DNA of 63,886 nucleotides, filler included, from Octopus bimaculoides (Eukaryota), in the NCBI RefSeq assembly GCF_001194135.2. It is 6 parts of 6 records of this genome, joined end to end, with 100 filler letters (N's around TTAATTAATTAA, not from the genome) between each part and the next. Parts side by side here need not be neighbours in the genome. Positions count along the whole stretch, not along the records: positions 37,198 to 44,770 come from NC_069008.1; positions 44,871 to 60,991 come from NC_068996.1; 4 more parts are not named here. One strand, given 5' to 3'. The notes beneath the pieces are model-generated. The model saw only the letters and a program-made list of their open reading frames with translations. It had not been told where the DNA came from and searched no databases. Positions 39,721-53,723 of this stretch are shown here, piece after piece (position 1 is the stretch's first letter; every line of letters begins with the position of its first letter). The position numbers were made by a program, and so were the translations under genes.

Positions 39721-40946
39721 AGAGCATTATATGTTATATATATATATAATATTAGGGACAAAATCCAAAATTACAGGTAAAAACTCAATTAAAATCAATT
39801 TATAAAAAATTAAAATTAAATTTTTGAATAAAATTTATTTTCGATAATTTCAATTGATTTTAATCGATTTAAATTTCCTTTCTATTTGAAAATTAGTTAT
39901 GAAACACGTGTAATCTTTTTATTATATTTATCTTATGATATTTACTTTACTACNNNNNNNNNNNNNNNNNNNNNNNNNNNNNNNNNNNNNNNNNNNNNNN
40001 NNNNNNNNNNNNNNNNNNNNNNNNNNNNNNNNNNNNNNNNNNNNNNNNNNNNNNNNNNNNNNNNNNNNNNNNNNNNNNNNNNNNNNNNNNNNNNNNNNNN
40101 NNNNNNNNNNNNNNNNNNNNNNNNNNNNNNNNNNNNNNNNNNNNNNNNNNNNNNNNNNNNNNNNNNNNNNNNNNNNNNNNNNNNNNNNNNNNNNNNNNNN
40201 NNNNNNNNNNNNNNNNNNNNNNNNNNNNNNNNNNNNNNNNNNNNNNNNNNNNNNNNNNNNNNNNNNNNNNNNNNNNNNNNNNNNNNNNNNNNNNNNNNNN
40301 NNNNNNNNNNNNNNNNNNNNNNNNNNNNNNNNNNNNNNNNNNNNNNNNNNNNNNNNNNNNNNNNNNNNNNNNNNNNNNNNNNNNNNNNNNNNNNNNNNNN
40401 NNNNNNNNNNNNNNNNNNNNNNNNNNNNNNNNNNNNNNNNNNNNNNNNNNNNNNNNNNNNNNNNNNNNNNNNNNNNNNNNNNNNNNNNNNNNNNNNNNNN
40501 NNNNNNNNNNNNNNNNNNNNNNNNNNNNNNNNNNNNNNNNNNNNNNNNNNNNNNNNNNNNNNNNNNNNNNNNNNNNNNNNNNNNNNNNNNNNNNNNNNNN
40601 NNNNNNNNNNNNNNNNNNNNNNNNNNNNNNNNNNNNNNNNNNNNNNNNNNNNNNNNNNNNNNNNNNNNNNNNNNNNNNNNNNNNNNNNNNNNNNNNNNNN
40701 NNNNNNNNNNNNNNNNNNNNNNNNNNNNNNNNNNNNNNNNNNNNNNNNNNNNNNNNNNNNNNNNNNNNNNNNNNNNNNNNNNNNNNNNNNNNNNNNNNNN
40801 NNNNNNNNNNNNNNNNNNNNNNNNNNNNNNNNNNNNNNNNNNNNNNNNNNNNNNNNNNNNNNNNNNNNNNNNNNNNNNNNNNNNNNNNNNNNNNNNNNNN
40901 NNNNNNNNNNNNNNNNNNNNNNNNNNNNNNNNNNNNNNNNNNNNNN

Positions 40947-40994
<48 letters not shown>

Positions 40995-41046
40995 TCTATA
41001 TATATATTTATATATATATATGTATGTATACACACACACATGTTTA

Positions 41047-41705
41047 AGGACAGCTGTGTGAAGAAGTGTCACACCCGAACAGTGGGGTAACCTGTAGAAA
41101 AGATAGACCCAGGAAGACCTGCGATGAAGTGGTGAAGCATGACCTTTGAAAGTTGGGCCTCACAGAGACAATGACAAGCGACCGAGATCTTTGGAGATTT
41201 GCTGTGCTTGAGAAGACCCGACAAGCCAAGTGAGATCGTAACCATTGCCTATGCCAGTGTTGCCCATTTAAGAACACCCTTCAGTCATCGAGTAATATGT
41301 TGTGCTTGAGAAGACCTGTTGAGTCAAGTGAAATCATTGTCGTGGCACATTGTTCTGCCAGCACTGCCACACTGACACCTGTGCCAGTGGCATGCAAAAA
41401 ACACCATTCAAGCGTGGTTGATTTCAGTGCCACTGGACAGGCTCCTGTGCTGGTGGCACATAAAATGAACCATTTGAGTGTGGTTGATACTAGTGTCACC
41501 TGACTGGCTCCCGTGCCGGTGGAACATAAAAAGCACCCACTACACTCTCGGGAGTGGTTGGCATTAGGAAGGGCATCCAGCTGTAGAAACCTTGCCAGAT
41601 CAGACTGGAGCTTGGTGCAGCCTCCTGGTTTATCAGTCGTCAGTCAAACCGTCCAACCCATGCCAGCATGGAAAGCGGACGTTAAACGATGATGGTGATG
41701 ATGAC
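41047..41705 (+). mobile_element. RTE-type LINE 3' end (ORF C-terminus + 3' UTR)
   Basis: VKKCHTRTVGVTCRKDRPRKTCDEVVKHDL*KLGLTETMTSDRDLWRFAVLEKTRQAK* (degenerate GRPRKTW motif), then a UTR ending in (GAT)n. Confidence 0.75.
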
Positions 41706-42405
41706 ACATACACACAAACACACACATGTATACATACCAGAAGCTATATCAACACACCNNNNNNNNNNNNNNNNNNNNNNNNNNNNNNNNNNNNNNNNNN
41801 NNNNNNNNNNNNNNNNNNNNNNNNNNNNNNNNNNNNNNNNNNNNNNNNNNNNNNNNNNNNNNNNNNNNNNNNNNNNNNNNNNNNNNNNNNNNNNNNNNNN
41901 NNNNNNNNNNNNNNNNNNNNNNNNNNNNNNNNNNNNNNNNNNNNNNNNNNNNNNNNNNNNNNNNNNNNNNNNNNNNNNNNNNNNNNNNNNNNNNNNNNNN
42001 NNNNNNNNNNNNNNNNNNNNNNNNNNNNNNNNNNNNNNNNNNNNNNNNNNNNNNNNNNNNNNNNNNNNNNNNNNNNNNNNNNNNNNNNNNNNNNNNNNNN
42101 NNNNNNNNNNNNNNNNNNNNNNNNNNNNNNNNNNNNNNNNNNNNNNNNNNNNNNNNNNNNNNNNNNNNNNNNNNNNNNNNNNNNNNNNNNNNNNNNNNNN
42201 NNNNNNNNNNNNNNNNNNNNNNNNNNNNNNNNNNNNNNNNNNNNNNNNNNNNNNNNNNNNNNNNNNNNNNNNNNNNNNNNNNNNNNNNNNNNNNNNNNNN
42301 NNNNNNNNNNNNNNNNNNNNNNNNNNNNNNNNNNNNNNNNNNNNNNNNNNNNNNNNNNNNNNNNNNNNNNNNNNNNNNNNNNNNNNNNNNNNNNNNNNNN
42401 NNNNN

Positions 42406-42722
42406 CCCAGACCAGGCGTTGTGAGTGTTTATTGAGCGAAAACACCTAAAGCTCCACGAGGCTCCGGCAGGGGATGGTGGCGAACCCTGCTGTACTCTTC
42501 CACCACAACTTTCTCTCACTCTTACTTCCTGTTTCTGTTGTGCCTGTAATTCAAATGGTCAGCCTTGTCAAACTCTGTGTCACGCTGAATATCCCCAAGA
42601 ACTACGTTAAGGGTACACGTGTCTGTGGAGTGCTCAGCCACTTGCATGTTAATTTCACGAGCAGGCTGTTCCGTTGATCGGATCAACTGGAACCCTCGAC
42701 GTTGTAAGCGACGGAGTGCCAA
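42406..42722 (+). mobile_element. SINE with body C and a different tail (head in gap)
   Basis: Same AAACACCTAAAGCTCCAC body as 21025-21326, then GTAATTCAAATGGTCAGCC...GCGACGGAGTGCC. Confidence 0.75.
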
Positions 42723-43694
42723 CAAGCAACATGCTGTCATCAGCTGGCTAATTTGAACCAAAAACTGAAAGAATTGAGGTCAGAGGTTGCCAATAGGAAA
42801 GGGGTAGTGTTCCAATGCCTGACCACATATATCTTTGGCTACCCGAACAAAGTGACATGAACTTGGCTGATAACTCCTAAGTGTCGGTTTCCTGGTTTCA
42901 TGGTGTGTATATCCTCCACCTGGATGGGACGACAGTCCTTTGCAGGATTATTTATTTTTGCCAGCTGAGTGGACTAAAACAATGTGTGCTCAAGAACACA
43001 ATGCATAGTCCAGTCCAGGAATCGAAACCAGAATCTTATGATCATGAGCCGAACAGCTTAACAACTAAGCCATGCACCTCCACAAAAGTAAAGTTCCTTC
43101 CCAAGTCATGGACTCAAAGGGTTGGTTCCCTGGTTTCCAAAGCGTATATATTCCCCACCCTGCTGGACGGGACAGCAGTCCATCTTAGGGTTACTCGTTT
43201 TTGCCAGCTGAGTGGACTGGAGCAATGTGAAGTGAAGTGTTTTACTCAAGAACACAACGCATTGCTTGATCCAGGAATTGAAACCACAATCTTACAATCA
43301 TGAGTCCAACACCCTAACCACTGAGCCACATGCCTCAAAAAAGTTATCTCCTCGAATCGTACTGACTCGTAAGGGCTGGTTTCATGGCATAGGATGTGCC
43401 AGGAAACAAACACAGACACAAAGACACACACACAGATATATTTACATATACGATGGGCTTCTTTCAGTTTCCATCTGCCAAATTCACTCACAAGGCTTTG
43501 GTCGGTCTGAGGCTATAGCAGAAGACATTTGCCCAAAGTTCCACACAGTGGGACTGAACCCAGAACCACGTGGTTGGGAAGCAAGCTTCTTACCACACAG
43601 CCAGTCCTGTGTCCATAAGAAAATAGTTAAAATATTGTCTGTTTTGTAGAAGTTTAACCAGTTTATTGCAGATCAATTTTAACAACAAAACCTT

Positions 43695-43777
43695 ATATGG
43701 ACCTTTAAGAGCTATATGGACCCTTAAGAGCCACGTGGAGCCCTAAGAGCCATATGAACCCTTGTTGAGAACCACTG
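43695..43777. mobile_element. hAT-like right terminus with subterminal 19-bp tandem repeats
   Basis: About 3.5 copies of ATATGGACCCTTAAGAGCC-like units followed by GTTGAGAACCACTG; left TIR not identified. Confidence 0.45.
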
Positions 43778-44770
43778 ATTTGATACAAGCATCTCAAAGA
43801 TTTTGATCTTACATTGAGGCAGTCATTGAAGTGGATGGTGGGTTCATAGAATGATCTCTGATAAAAAAATGTTTATTGAGAACATAAGGTCAGATTTCTA
43901 TATCATCAACATCATATATACCCGTTTATCCATTTTCCATGCTGGCACGAATTGGATGATTTGACAGAATCAGGTGAGGCTGCAAGGCCATCAGCTTTGG
44001 AATAGTTTCCATGTCCACATGTCCTTCTCGACACCAACCACCTACAAGGTGCACTGTGTGGGTTTTCCCTGTTTTTTGTGCCACCAGCACCAGCAAGGTC
44101 ACCAAATTAACTTGCGCGACATGAAAAGAATGAGAAGAGGGGGAAAAGCCCCCTCAATTAAATCGCTGGGGAGGGTGTATTTTTGAGACAGCCAGGAGTT
44201 GTGTTTGTATGCCAAGTACTGAGAGGCTAAAGTATGATAGAGGGAAAAGCAGACAAGCTCGTGGATCTTACTATAAGGGATTTACAAGGCTACGCTGTAA
44301 AAACCTCACTTCAGGCATGAATGACCATGGGATCACACCTAGAAAGTTCCCCTCTGAAACACAAGTCTGAGCAAGACTGCATACCAGTCTCCTCTCTCCA
44401 CACCATAGATGTTATCCAATGGGAAGGTAAAGGCTGATACAGTTTGGCACCAGTGACGCCGCAAATCATTTCTACAGCTGAGTGAATATGAAGCAATATG
44501 AAATAAAGTGTTTTGCTCAAGAACACAACACGCAGCCTGGTCCGGGAATTGAACTCACTACCTCATGATTGTGAGCCCAACACTCTAATCACTGAGCCAT
44601 GGACCTTCTGTTATATACGTGTAAATATATATATATATGTGTGTGTGTGTGCGTGTGTATATATATGTGCAAGTGTCTTCTGCTATAGCCCCGGGCCGAC
44701 TGAAGCTTTGTGATTGAATTTGGTAGGCAGAAGTTACTGGCGTGTGTGTATATGTGCTTGTGCCTCTCAG

Positions 44771-44870
44771 NNNNNNNNNNNNNNNNNNNNNNNNNNNNNN
44801 NNNNNNNNNNNNNNTTAATTAATTAANNNNNNNNNNNNNNNNNNNNNNNNNNNNNNNNNNNNNNNNNNNN
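44771..44870. other. Assembly join placeholder
   Basis: Same 44+12+44 layout. Confidence 0.9.
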
Positions 44871-45227
44871 GTCATCATCATGATCATTGTCATCATCATC
44901 ATCGTCGTCATCATCATCATCATCATTGTCATCATCATCATCATCGTCATCGTCATCATCGTCGTCATCATCATCATCATCATTGTCGTCATCATCATCA
45001 TTGTCGTCATCATCATCATCGTCGTCATCATCATCATCATTGTCATCATCATCATCGTCGTCATCGTCATCATCGTCGTCATCATCATCATCATTGTCGT
45101 CATCATCATCATCGTCGTCATCGTCATCATCGTCGTCATCATCATCATCGTCGTCATCGTCATCATCGTCGTCATCATCATCATTGTCATTGTCATCATC
45201 ATCATCATTGTCATCATCATCATCATC
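44871..45227. repeat. (TCA/TCG/TTG)n trinucleotide array
   Basis: Direct inspection. Confidence 0.9.
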
Positions 45228-45404
45228 CATGTTTTATTTTTCAAATTTCTTTTAAATGTTTCCATGTTCTTTTTTTTCTTTATTCTTTTTGTTTGTTTTG
45301 TTTCATTATTTCTCTGCCATTGTTCACCTTGTCACTCTGTTCCAATGTTTTCTTTCTTTCTTCTTCTCCTCTATCATCTTCCTTTTCTCTCATATATTTT
45401 TTCA

Positions 45405-45499
45405 GTCATCTTTCGTCCGTCATCTTTCGTCCGTCATCTCATCTTTCGTCCGTCATCTTTCGTCCGTCATTTTTCATCTGTCATTTTTCATCTGTCATC
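45405..45499. repeat. 14-bp minisatellite (GTCATCTTTCGTCC and variants)
   Basis: About 6 units including GTCATTTTTCATCT variants. Confidence 0.85.
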
Positions 45500-46517
45500 T
45501 TATTCTGTTATTTTCTTATATTTTTCTTTATATCCTTCTTTAATCCTCTCTCTCACTTCACTTCCTCCCACTGTTACCACTACCATCGCCACCACCACTA
45601 CCACTACTGTTTCTACTACTACTACTACCACCACCACCACACTGCTTCTACTACTCACCTCAGACAAGGCATCTACAAGATATCTACCCCTCTATTTCAT
45701 GTGCTTCAATTCATACAGTCCTTCCACCCCCACCCTCTCTCTGTCTCTAAATTCCCTGGCTCCTGACAGTCTGTTACAGTTTACAGTACCTCAAAGGAAT
45801 TATTAAACCTTGAATAACTGTCTGAAGCCCAGGAGGATTTGAAGGGATACAAAGAACAACACCTTCCCTTTTCAACTGGGGACAATCCTCATTCACTACC
45901 CTCCCTCTACTACTTCCTAAGGAAAAAAAAAATAGTGGTGAGTATGGGTTGAGACAGTGGTGGTAAGGGGTAACTGTTTTCCAGAACTAACTTATTTTTC
46001 CTGTTTTTTTTTTTGTTATTGTTTGAAATTGTTGTTGTTACTGTTATTGTCCAAGGAAAATTATTTTTGTTTATAAAGCTTGGGGGTGAGGGATATTGTG
46101 AAAAGGATTTTACATATGTATATGTGTATATACATACATACATACACACACACACACATATATATACATACACATGCACATGTATGTGTGTGCTTATAGT
46201 TGAATATAATAAATTAATTCAACAACATATGTACTGTCATCTTCTTTTGCTCTCTCTTACGATGAGAAGCATCTATCTGATTGCTGAACCTAGCAATTGC
46301 AACCAGATTCCCTTATATCACATCCTTACCCATCTTAACCCAGGACAGGATAGCTGCTATACATATTGAAAAAAAATGATGGGAATATCCAGACTGCAAT
46401 GGTTTTGACCATACGGTCAACTCAGTTGGGGGTCTGGGGTTAAACAATAACAACAACACATACACAGAGTCAGGTACTTCAAGTTTGAAAATAAAAATAC
46501 GATATAGTAGTCACTTC

Positions 46518-47208
46518 GGATCTTGTTCAAAACGGGGGCACCAGTTTTCATTTATGTTTTATGTATTGTTTTTGGTACCGAAAGACTTTCAAACTTCGTA
46601 TACTTATCTATTTTGTGTTATAGAACAGAAAAAAAATTTTGTATTCGGAGTTATTTCATGTAAAAAATTGTCTTATTTCGATAATTTCAACCAATCACTG
46701 ACAAGTATTCAGCTGTTTACACTTACTCCTTTGGCACTTTAAGCAGTGTAAAGCGTATTTAATCTCCATTACTTCTGACATTTTGCAGAGGCAACACACG
46801 TGTGTTCGTTTTCCCTAACCCTAACCCTAATTGACTTGCTCCTTCCCTCAAAAACCATGCCTTGTGCCTATAATAGAAAGGTTTATTAGCTACTGCCNNN
46901 NNNNNNNNNNNNNNNNNNNNNNNNNNNNNNNNNNNNNNNNNNNNNNNNNNNNNNNNNNNNNNNNNTTATCACCGCCGAGAATCGTTTGTTTACGTAGTCA
47001 GCACTTAATTTTTACGGCTGAATGGACGTCAGTCATTGGTTGAAATTACAGAAATACGACAACTTTAACATGAAATAACTTGCGATGTACGTTTTTTGTT
47101 AAGAAGACTAAGAGAAAAAGATGTTTTATATGACACATTCTACCAGTGTCCCAAGTTTCAAAGTGTTTCGTTAAGAAAATACTGGTGCCCCCGTTTTGAA
47201 CAAGATCC
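46518..47208. mobile_element. Non-autonomous TIR element with 8-bp TSD and GG termini (Merlin-like)
   Basis: Perfect 28-bp TIR GGATCTTGTTCAAAACGGGGGCACCAGT; perfect TSD GTCACTTC at 46510-46517 and 47209-47216; internal gap 46898-46966. Confidence 0.8.
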
Positions 47209-48840
47209 GTCACTTCATATGTTTTCCTGCCAACTGTCTTTAAAGATCAACTATGGAGAATAAATAGACAAGTAGTCAGGATTGGGGAGCTCAAATATGG
47301 CACCATAAGTAATAAAACACTTGTTAAGTGTACAGTGATCCCACTACCTGCACTAGAGAGCCATACCACTTCTGATATCTGTTTGTATATAGTTGGGCTG
47401 ATCCATCATCAGTTAAATGTTTTGAGTGAGCAATGTTGTTCATATTAGCCGTAGGACTGCAAGCCCCAACAATTTAAAATTTTTGGCTTTGTGTCAAAAT
47501 TATAAATAATCATATTTAATTCAAGCACAAGGCCTGAAATTTGAGGGGAGGGTGGGGTAGTCAATTACGTCAATGCAAGTGCTCAGCTGGTGCTTATTTC
47601 ATCAATGCCAAAAAGATGGAAGACAAAGTCAACTTTGGCAGAATTTGAACTCTGAATGTAAAGACAATTGCACTGCCCCTAAGTTTTTAGTCTGGTGTGC
47701 TAACAATTCTGCCAGCTCACTGCCTTATATAATATAATGTAGTAGTAGTAGTGATGACGACAACAACAACAATCTTTTATAAGCCACAAAGGCTTGAAGA
47801 GATACAAAATATATGAAAATTGGGATTACAAAAAAGAAAAAGTTTTGTGTGAAAGACAAGTTTACAAATATGAAAAGAAAAAGATGAGGGACATTATACA
47901 ATTTATGAACGGATATATAAAGAGGACGAGAGTACAAATATTTGATGGAAATAAATAAGTACAATAAAACATACAATAGTCAAAACAAGATCTAATTAAA
48001 AAGAAATAAAACATAAAAGATTACTGCATATGCTTAATTTAGGAATCTATAACTGTATCTGCTAACCAAGTGCAGCTAAATGTACCAGTATGCATTTTTT
48101 GAGACATTTAGTATTGATAAACACCATCTTAGGGATGTGCTCTTTTAGATTCATTGTAATGTCTTAGTTGTATTTGTTATTAATAATCTATCTTTATCAT
48201 ATCATTTGTATTCTAACTTTTTATGTGACGTTCAAACTTCTGTGGAAAGGACATGGCAAACAGATATATAAATTGTCTCTCACTAATAATGATGAGGATG
48301 ACGACGACAATGATTGCTATCATTATCACCATCATCATTGTTGTCCTTAATTAATGTTTAGTCAATAAACAGACAGCTTTCTTCCTTAAATACTCTTTAG
48401 AATTGTTACAGAAAAATATATCTTTGCAACTGTGTAGGTCTTTGAAACATCAAGAATTCTTATCTAAGATAAGCTGCTGTTGTCAATGGTTAAAGTGTTT
48501 GAGAACAGCTTAAACATTATTGAAAAATTTTGATACTGCTAAATGGAGAATCTATCCATCTACACTACTATTAACCATTTTAACAGAAATGTAAGATGAA
48601 GTATCATAAGCTAACTTGAAATATTTGGACAGAAATAATGCATTCAATTTTTGATATCAGCAAAAGAACTGGAAGTTAGGTCAAGTGGTTATTTAACTGA
48701 GTCAATCTCACTACTTCACTTATATTTCATTTTGTTGAACCTGAAGGGGTGGATGTTAAAGTTGACCTCTGTGGGATCTGAACTTAGAACCCACCAGGGT
48801 CATCTTTCCCACTTATCCTACAAGGAGTAAAAAGGCATGT

Positions 48841-48955
48841 CTAAGGACATAGCCTTAAACATAACTAAAGATATGAATTAAAGACATGAGTAAAGTCATA
48901 GCTAAAGACATAACTTAAAATATAAAAAGATACATGACTAACAACATGACAAAGT
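48841..48955. repeat. Degenerate 12-bp minisatellite (CTAAAGACATAN-like)
   Basis: About 9 imperfect units. Confidence 0.6.
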
Positions 48956-49986
48956 ATGTCTCTGTCATATCATAACTGTTCATATGTTATTTGCCATAAG
49001 AGGCGACTGATAAGAGGACATTATAAACGACAGGCACAAGACCATGGATTTTGGAGGGTGTTTATTACTGTCAAATTTCTTGACTAGTGCTTTATGTATA
49101 CTCCCATGATGGTAAAGGTATGCACCATAAAAGATTTGAACTCAGAATGTAAAAGAACATAACTACATGTGGCTTTTAATTTGGTGTTTCATTGAATCTG
49201 CAATGCACCACCACCACCACCACCACAATAACAGCAACAACAACAACGATGATAATAATAAAAATAAAAATAATAATCCTTTCTCCTGTACATACAAAAT
49301 TAAGGTTGACTTTTGATAAAAAGTACAATAACAAAAGATAACCCTTATAGTCAGGGCCTTATCATTACAGGATTCCAAGCAAAATAAAGCACTAGGATCC
49401 TACACGCACAACATTAATTTTGGACCCCTAAATGTATAGAAAGGATGAAGGCTATTAAACCAGCAATTTTGAAGGTCAATGGAGAGAATTAGTCAATTCT
49501 CTCAACTCCAGTATGTGACTGGTACTTGATTTTATTGACCCCCTGAAGGGATGAAAAGCAAAGTAGGTCCACCCTCCCCACCCCAGTTGGGTTTGAATTC
49601 AGTACATAAAGAGGTGGAACAAAATCTGCAAAGTATTTTATCTCTAACAAGTCTCTAACACTACTGTCAGTCTATAATAATGGCTCCTACTGTCATTTCC
49701 CATCATCATCACAGTATAATACAAAAAACACTTAACCTTCTCAATTAAGGTTCACCTCTGATTAAAAAGAACAATAACAAAAGATAACCCTTATAGTCGA
49801 GGATTTCTTAACATTACAGGCTCCTTGGTGAAGCAAAGCACTGGACTCCTACATACACAACATAGAATAGTTTTTGATCCCTGGATGCAGGGGCCTTTGA
49901 TTGCATGCATTATCTCTGTATGTTTGTGTGATTTAATGTATGTTTCTATTCGTGTATTTATATTTGTATTTGTGTCTATGATGGTG

Positions 49987-50022
<36 letters not shown>

Positions 50023-50691
50023 ACAAACAAGCAAAATTGTTTATCATAAAGACGACTTGTGTAATATAACACAGGGCAAAGTATATGTATGTATTATGCT
50101 TGTGTGACTCTGTGTGTGTGTGTATTTATTGAGAGAAATAGAAGTATATCTGATATTTCATCTTTCTCATTATAATGTATTTGGACAGCTCTTCATTTCA
50201 TCTTCATTTCAAATGTCTCTCAGACTTCAAACCTCCCCTACTTCTCTGCTTCTTCTCACTTGATTCCATACGATCTTGCCTCGCCGCCAAGTCATATTTA
50301 TTCTTCAAAAGGATTTAAAAATCTAAAAATAGTTCTTTGGTTTCTTCTTCTTCTAAACTAGAAACCATTTTTGACAAAGCAGTTGGCACTTTAATTTTGG
50401 AATATCATTTTGCTTTATTTTTAAAAATAGATTTTTAATAATGTTGTTGTTGTTGCTGCTGCTGTTGTTAAGGTGGTAGAGTTATAGAAATGTGCCAAGC
50501 TTGTTTCACACTTTATACTCGAAGTTCAAATCCTCCCAATATTCTTCACTTTGTCTTTTACAACTCCCCACTTGATAAACAAGTATCAGTAAAATACCAA
50601 AAAAGTACTGAGAATTGATTCAGTGAAGTTAAGTCAACTCTTTCAAAAAATCTGGCATCTAGTACCAGAGTTATAAATAATCTTCATTATA

Positions 50692-51098
50692 GGCGCAGGA
50701 GTGGCTGTGTGGTAAGTAGCTTGCCTACCAACCACATGGTTCCGGGTTCAGTCCCACTGCGTGGCACCTTGGGCAAGTGTCTTCTACTATAGCCTCGGGC
50801 CGACCAAAGCCTTGTGAGTGGATTTGGTAGACGGAAACTGAAAGAAGCACGTCGTATATATGTATATATATATATGTATATGTGTGTATATGTTTGTGTG
50901 TCTGTGTTTGTTCCCCCAACATCGCTTGACAACCGATGCTGGTGTGTTTAGGTCCCCGTAACTTAGCGGTTCGGCAAAAGAGACCGATAGAATAAGTACT
51001 AGGCATCCAAAGAATAAGTCCTGGGGTCTATTTGCTCGACTAAAGGCGGTGCTCCAGCATGGCCACAGTCAACTGACTGAAACAAGTAAAAGAGTAAA
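50692..51098 (+). mobile_element. tRNA-headed SINE family A, full-length copy
   Basis: Head GGCGCAGGAGTGGCTGTGTGG..GGGTTCAGTCCC, core CCTCGGGCCGACCAAAGCCTTGTGAGTGGATTTGGTAGACGGAAACTG, internal (TA/TG)n, tail ending GTAAAAGAGTAAA. Confidence 0.9.
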
Positions 51099-51530
51099 GA
51101 GAGAGTAGTTACAATGTTTTATTTCTGAAGAGTTTGGTATTTCAGATTCTTAACCTTTTTTAATGGTACTCCATATGAAACCGTTTTAAACCACTATTCA
51201 TATGTGAGAACCATTTCTGACATACACAATTGTGTACCAAACAACAATATAATATACCAATAAATAAAAACTATTTTACTAAATCCATCCCTTCAAATTC
51301 TTGATTATTTTCATTTAATAAAAACACTTTTTTTCATTAGAAATATGTTATTAAAAGTTTTTAAAAGAGCAACCATATTTTGAATATGAAGACAAAAAAA
51401 TTAATTGTCCTTTAAGAGTAGATTTAAGAAACATGGAAAAAAAGTTTTTTTAAAAATATATTCTTTTTAGCTGTGGGCTGGAATGTATTTTCGATATGAC
51501 AGCAGTAAGATCTAAAAATAAAACACACAT

Positions 51531-51575
<45 letters not shown>

Positions 51576-51840
51576 GTCAGCTAACATGTACACGCATATG
51601 TTTCTTCTTTATTCAAGGTAGAATAATAATCATAAAACAGACTAATGAATGTGTTTGGAAATGAATGTCTGCAGGCTTTATCAACTTCTAAGTTTCTCAC
51701 CACATATACACTCACATACACATTCAACGCACACACACACGACTTTGCAAATGCATAGTGAGCGTTTTGATGTTTTAGCAAAAAGAAAAAGGGTTAAAAA
51801 GAATACACATCATTTAATAACACTGTTTACAATATAGATA

Positions 51841-51873
<33 letters not shown>

Positions 51874-52296
51874 TAGAGAATTAGATAGTTAGATAGATAG
51901 ATAGACAAACAGATACACATATATACGCACAAAATTACATGTAAATATATTATACTGTTTTGTGAAGAACACATGTCAAAGAATAGATCCATTTCCTCTG
52001 TATGTTGTAAAAGGTGACTAAAAGAGGTTAAAGTAAGATTTTCACTCCTAAAACCTTCACCAGCAACAACTACCCAAAACAGGTCAATTTGTTGGAAGGT
52101 TGTCACTTGAGTGGCGCAAAGACATCATCCACCAAGAATAGTAGGGAATCACCAACAAATGGTGGACGTGCTGCTACAGCGCATGACACTCCCCCTCCAT
52201 ACTACTACTACTATTACCACTACTGCTACTGTCTGTAACTACAACTTTATAAAATATAAAGGCTTTAATTACATTGTTTTCATTCTGTTCTTGCAG

Positions 52297-52414
52297 GTAT
52301 TGGCTTATGTCGACCACTTACATGGAAAATGGCATTTCTTAGAAATAAGAGCAGTTTTCTCTCGGCGATATCTACTCCAAAATGTTGCCATCGAAATATT
52401 TACAGCCAATCGAA
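52297..52414 (+). CDS. NBEA: Neurobeachin/LRBA-family BEACH protein, PH-domain exon
   Basis: Acceptor ctgttcttgcag|GTA, donor CGAA|GTAAGA (phase 1). [39 protein letters not shown] matches the recalled NBEA segment [39 protein letters not shown]. Confidence 0.95.
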
Positions 52415-52453
52415 GTAAGAATTACATCTTTTAGTTTTCATTTCCTCACTTAA

Positions 52454-52658
52454 CCCCTTTTTGATACCAACCTGCCTGAGTTTGCCCCTGAATCTATGAT
52501 TCCTGCTTTAAGTTAAAATAAACCCTGCTTTCAATATAATTATGTATGATTCAAACACCTGCTCAATAATGGCAGTTATTTTATAAAATTCTTCATTATT
52601 TTCAAAATTAATTAAAATAACGACAGTATTTTTCAACAGAAATATAATAACAAAGGGG
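52454..52658. mobile_element. piggyBac-like MITE just downstream of the NBEA exon
   Basis: TTAA-CCCCTTT at 52450 and CAAAGGGG-TTGA at 52651-52662. Confidence 0.6.
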
Positions 52659-53723
52659 TTGAATTTTTTCTTCTTTTACTCTTTTTTTAAATTAAATTGT
52701 TTGTTTTTCACATTTTACCACCAGCTCTCTTTTCCAATTGAGGTAGTCATGTGTCACCCCTTCTACATGACACCTGCTCCTGTCTGTCTATCATACTTTA
52801 ATCTCTCATCACCTAGCACAAAGCTATCATCTTCAATACTGCACTCCCTCTCAGTTGAGGGTGTCTTGTCTTGCAAGATTCTTGGTGGCTTCACTAGTGC
52901 CACTGCCACATTAAAAGCATCCAGTACACTCTGTAACCATGGAAACCAAACTAAAGCAGACGCTGGAGTTTAGTGCAGTCCTTTTGTTCATTGGCTCCTG
53001 ACCAACCATCCAGCATGTACCAATATGGAATATGGACATTAAATGGTGATGATGATGACAGTGCTGATAATAATTCAACATGGTTCTTTGAGCTGAATTG
53101 ATTTCATACTTTGATCATTTGCAATCACTTAAGATGTAAGAAGTTATGCGACTTGCTAGGCATGAATGTCCTGACATATAATTACAGCAGGGTCCATGAA
53201 TGAGACACTGAGTAATTAAATGTTGGCTGTTTGTTCAAAACAAAGAATTTCAATGGTTTCAACATCATTCTCATGTCTCATAACAAACATTTTTAGTAAG
53301 GAGCCAGGAATTGAAATTTTGTTATACTGTAGATTAGTCAATGACTGTAAATATGCATCCATTGATGCATTTATGCTCGTTCCGAGTTTTGAATTGTTTC
53401 CTGGTTTGAATTGAAACTAGAACATTATCGTACTAGTGAGGTTGTGTGCTTCAAGCCTTCCACGCAAAGTATGTCCAGCCATGGGGAAATATTATCTTGC
53501 TTGAAAACAGGTGAGGGTTGGCAACAGGATGGGCATCCAGCTGTAGAAGACCAGCGTCAACAAATTCCATTTGGCCCATTCTAGCATGGGTCAAAGTGAG
53601 CAGTAAAAGATGATAGTAACATATACATATGTATATATGCAAAGGAAGAGCATGAGGTGATGAGATATTTCTATTTATATATTTGTGCATATGTGTCTAT
53701 AAATATATATATATATATTTATA

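Noticed and set aside
46813-46830. Telomere or chromosome-fusion site
   Set aside because: Only three CCCTAA units, lying inside a TIR element.
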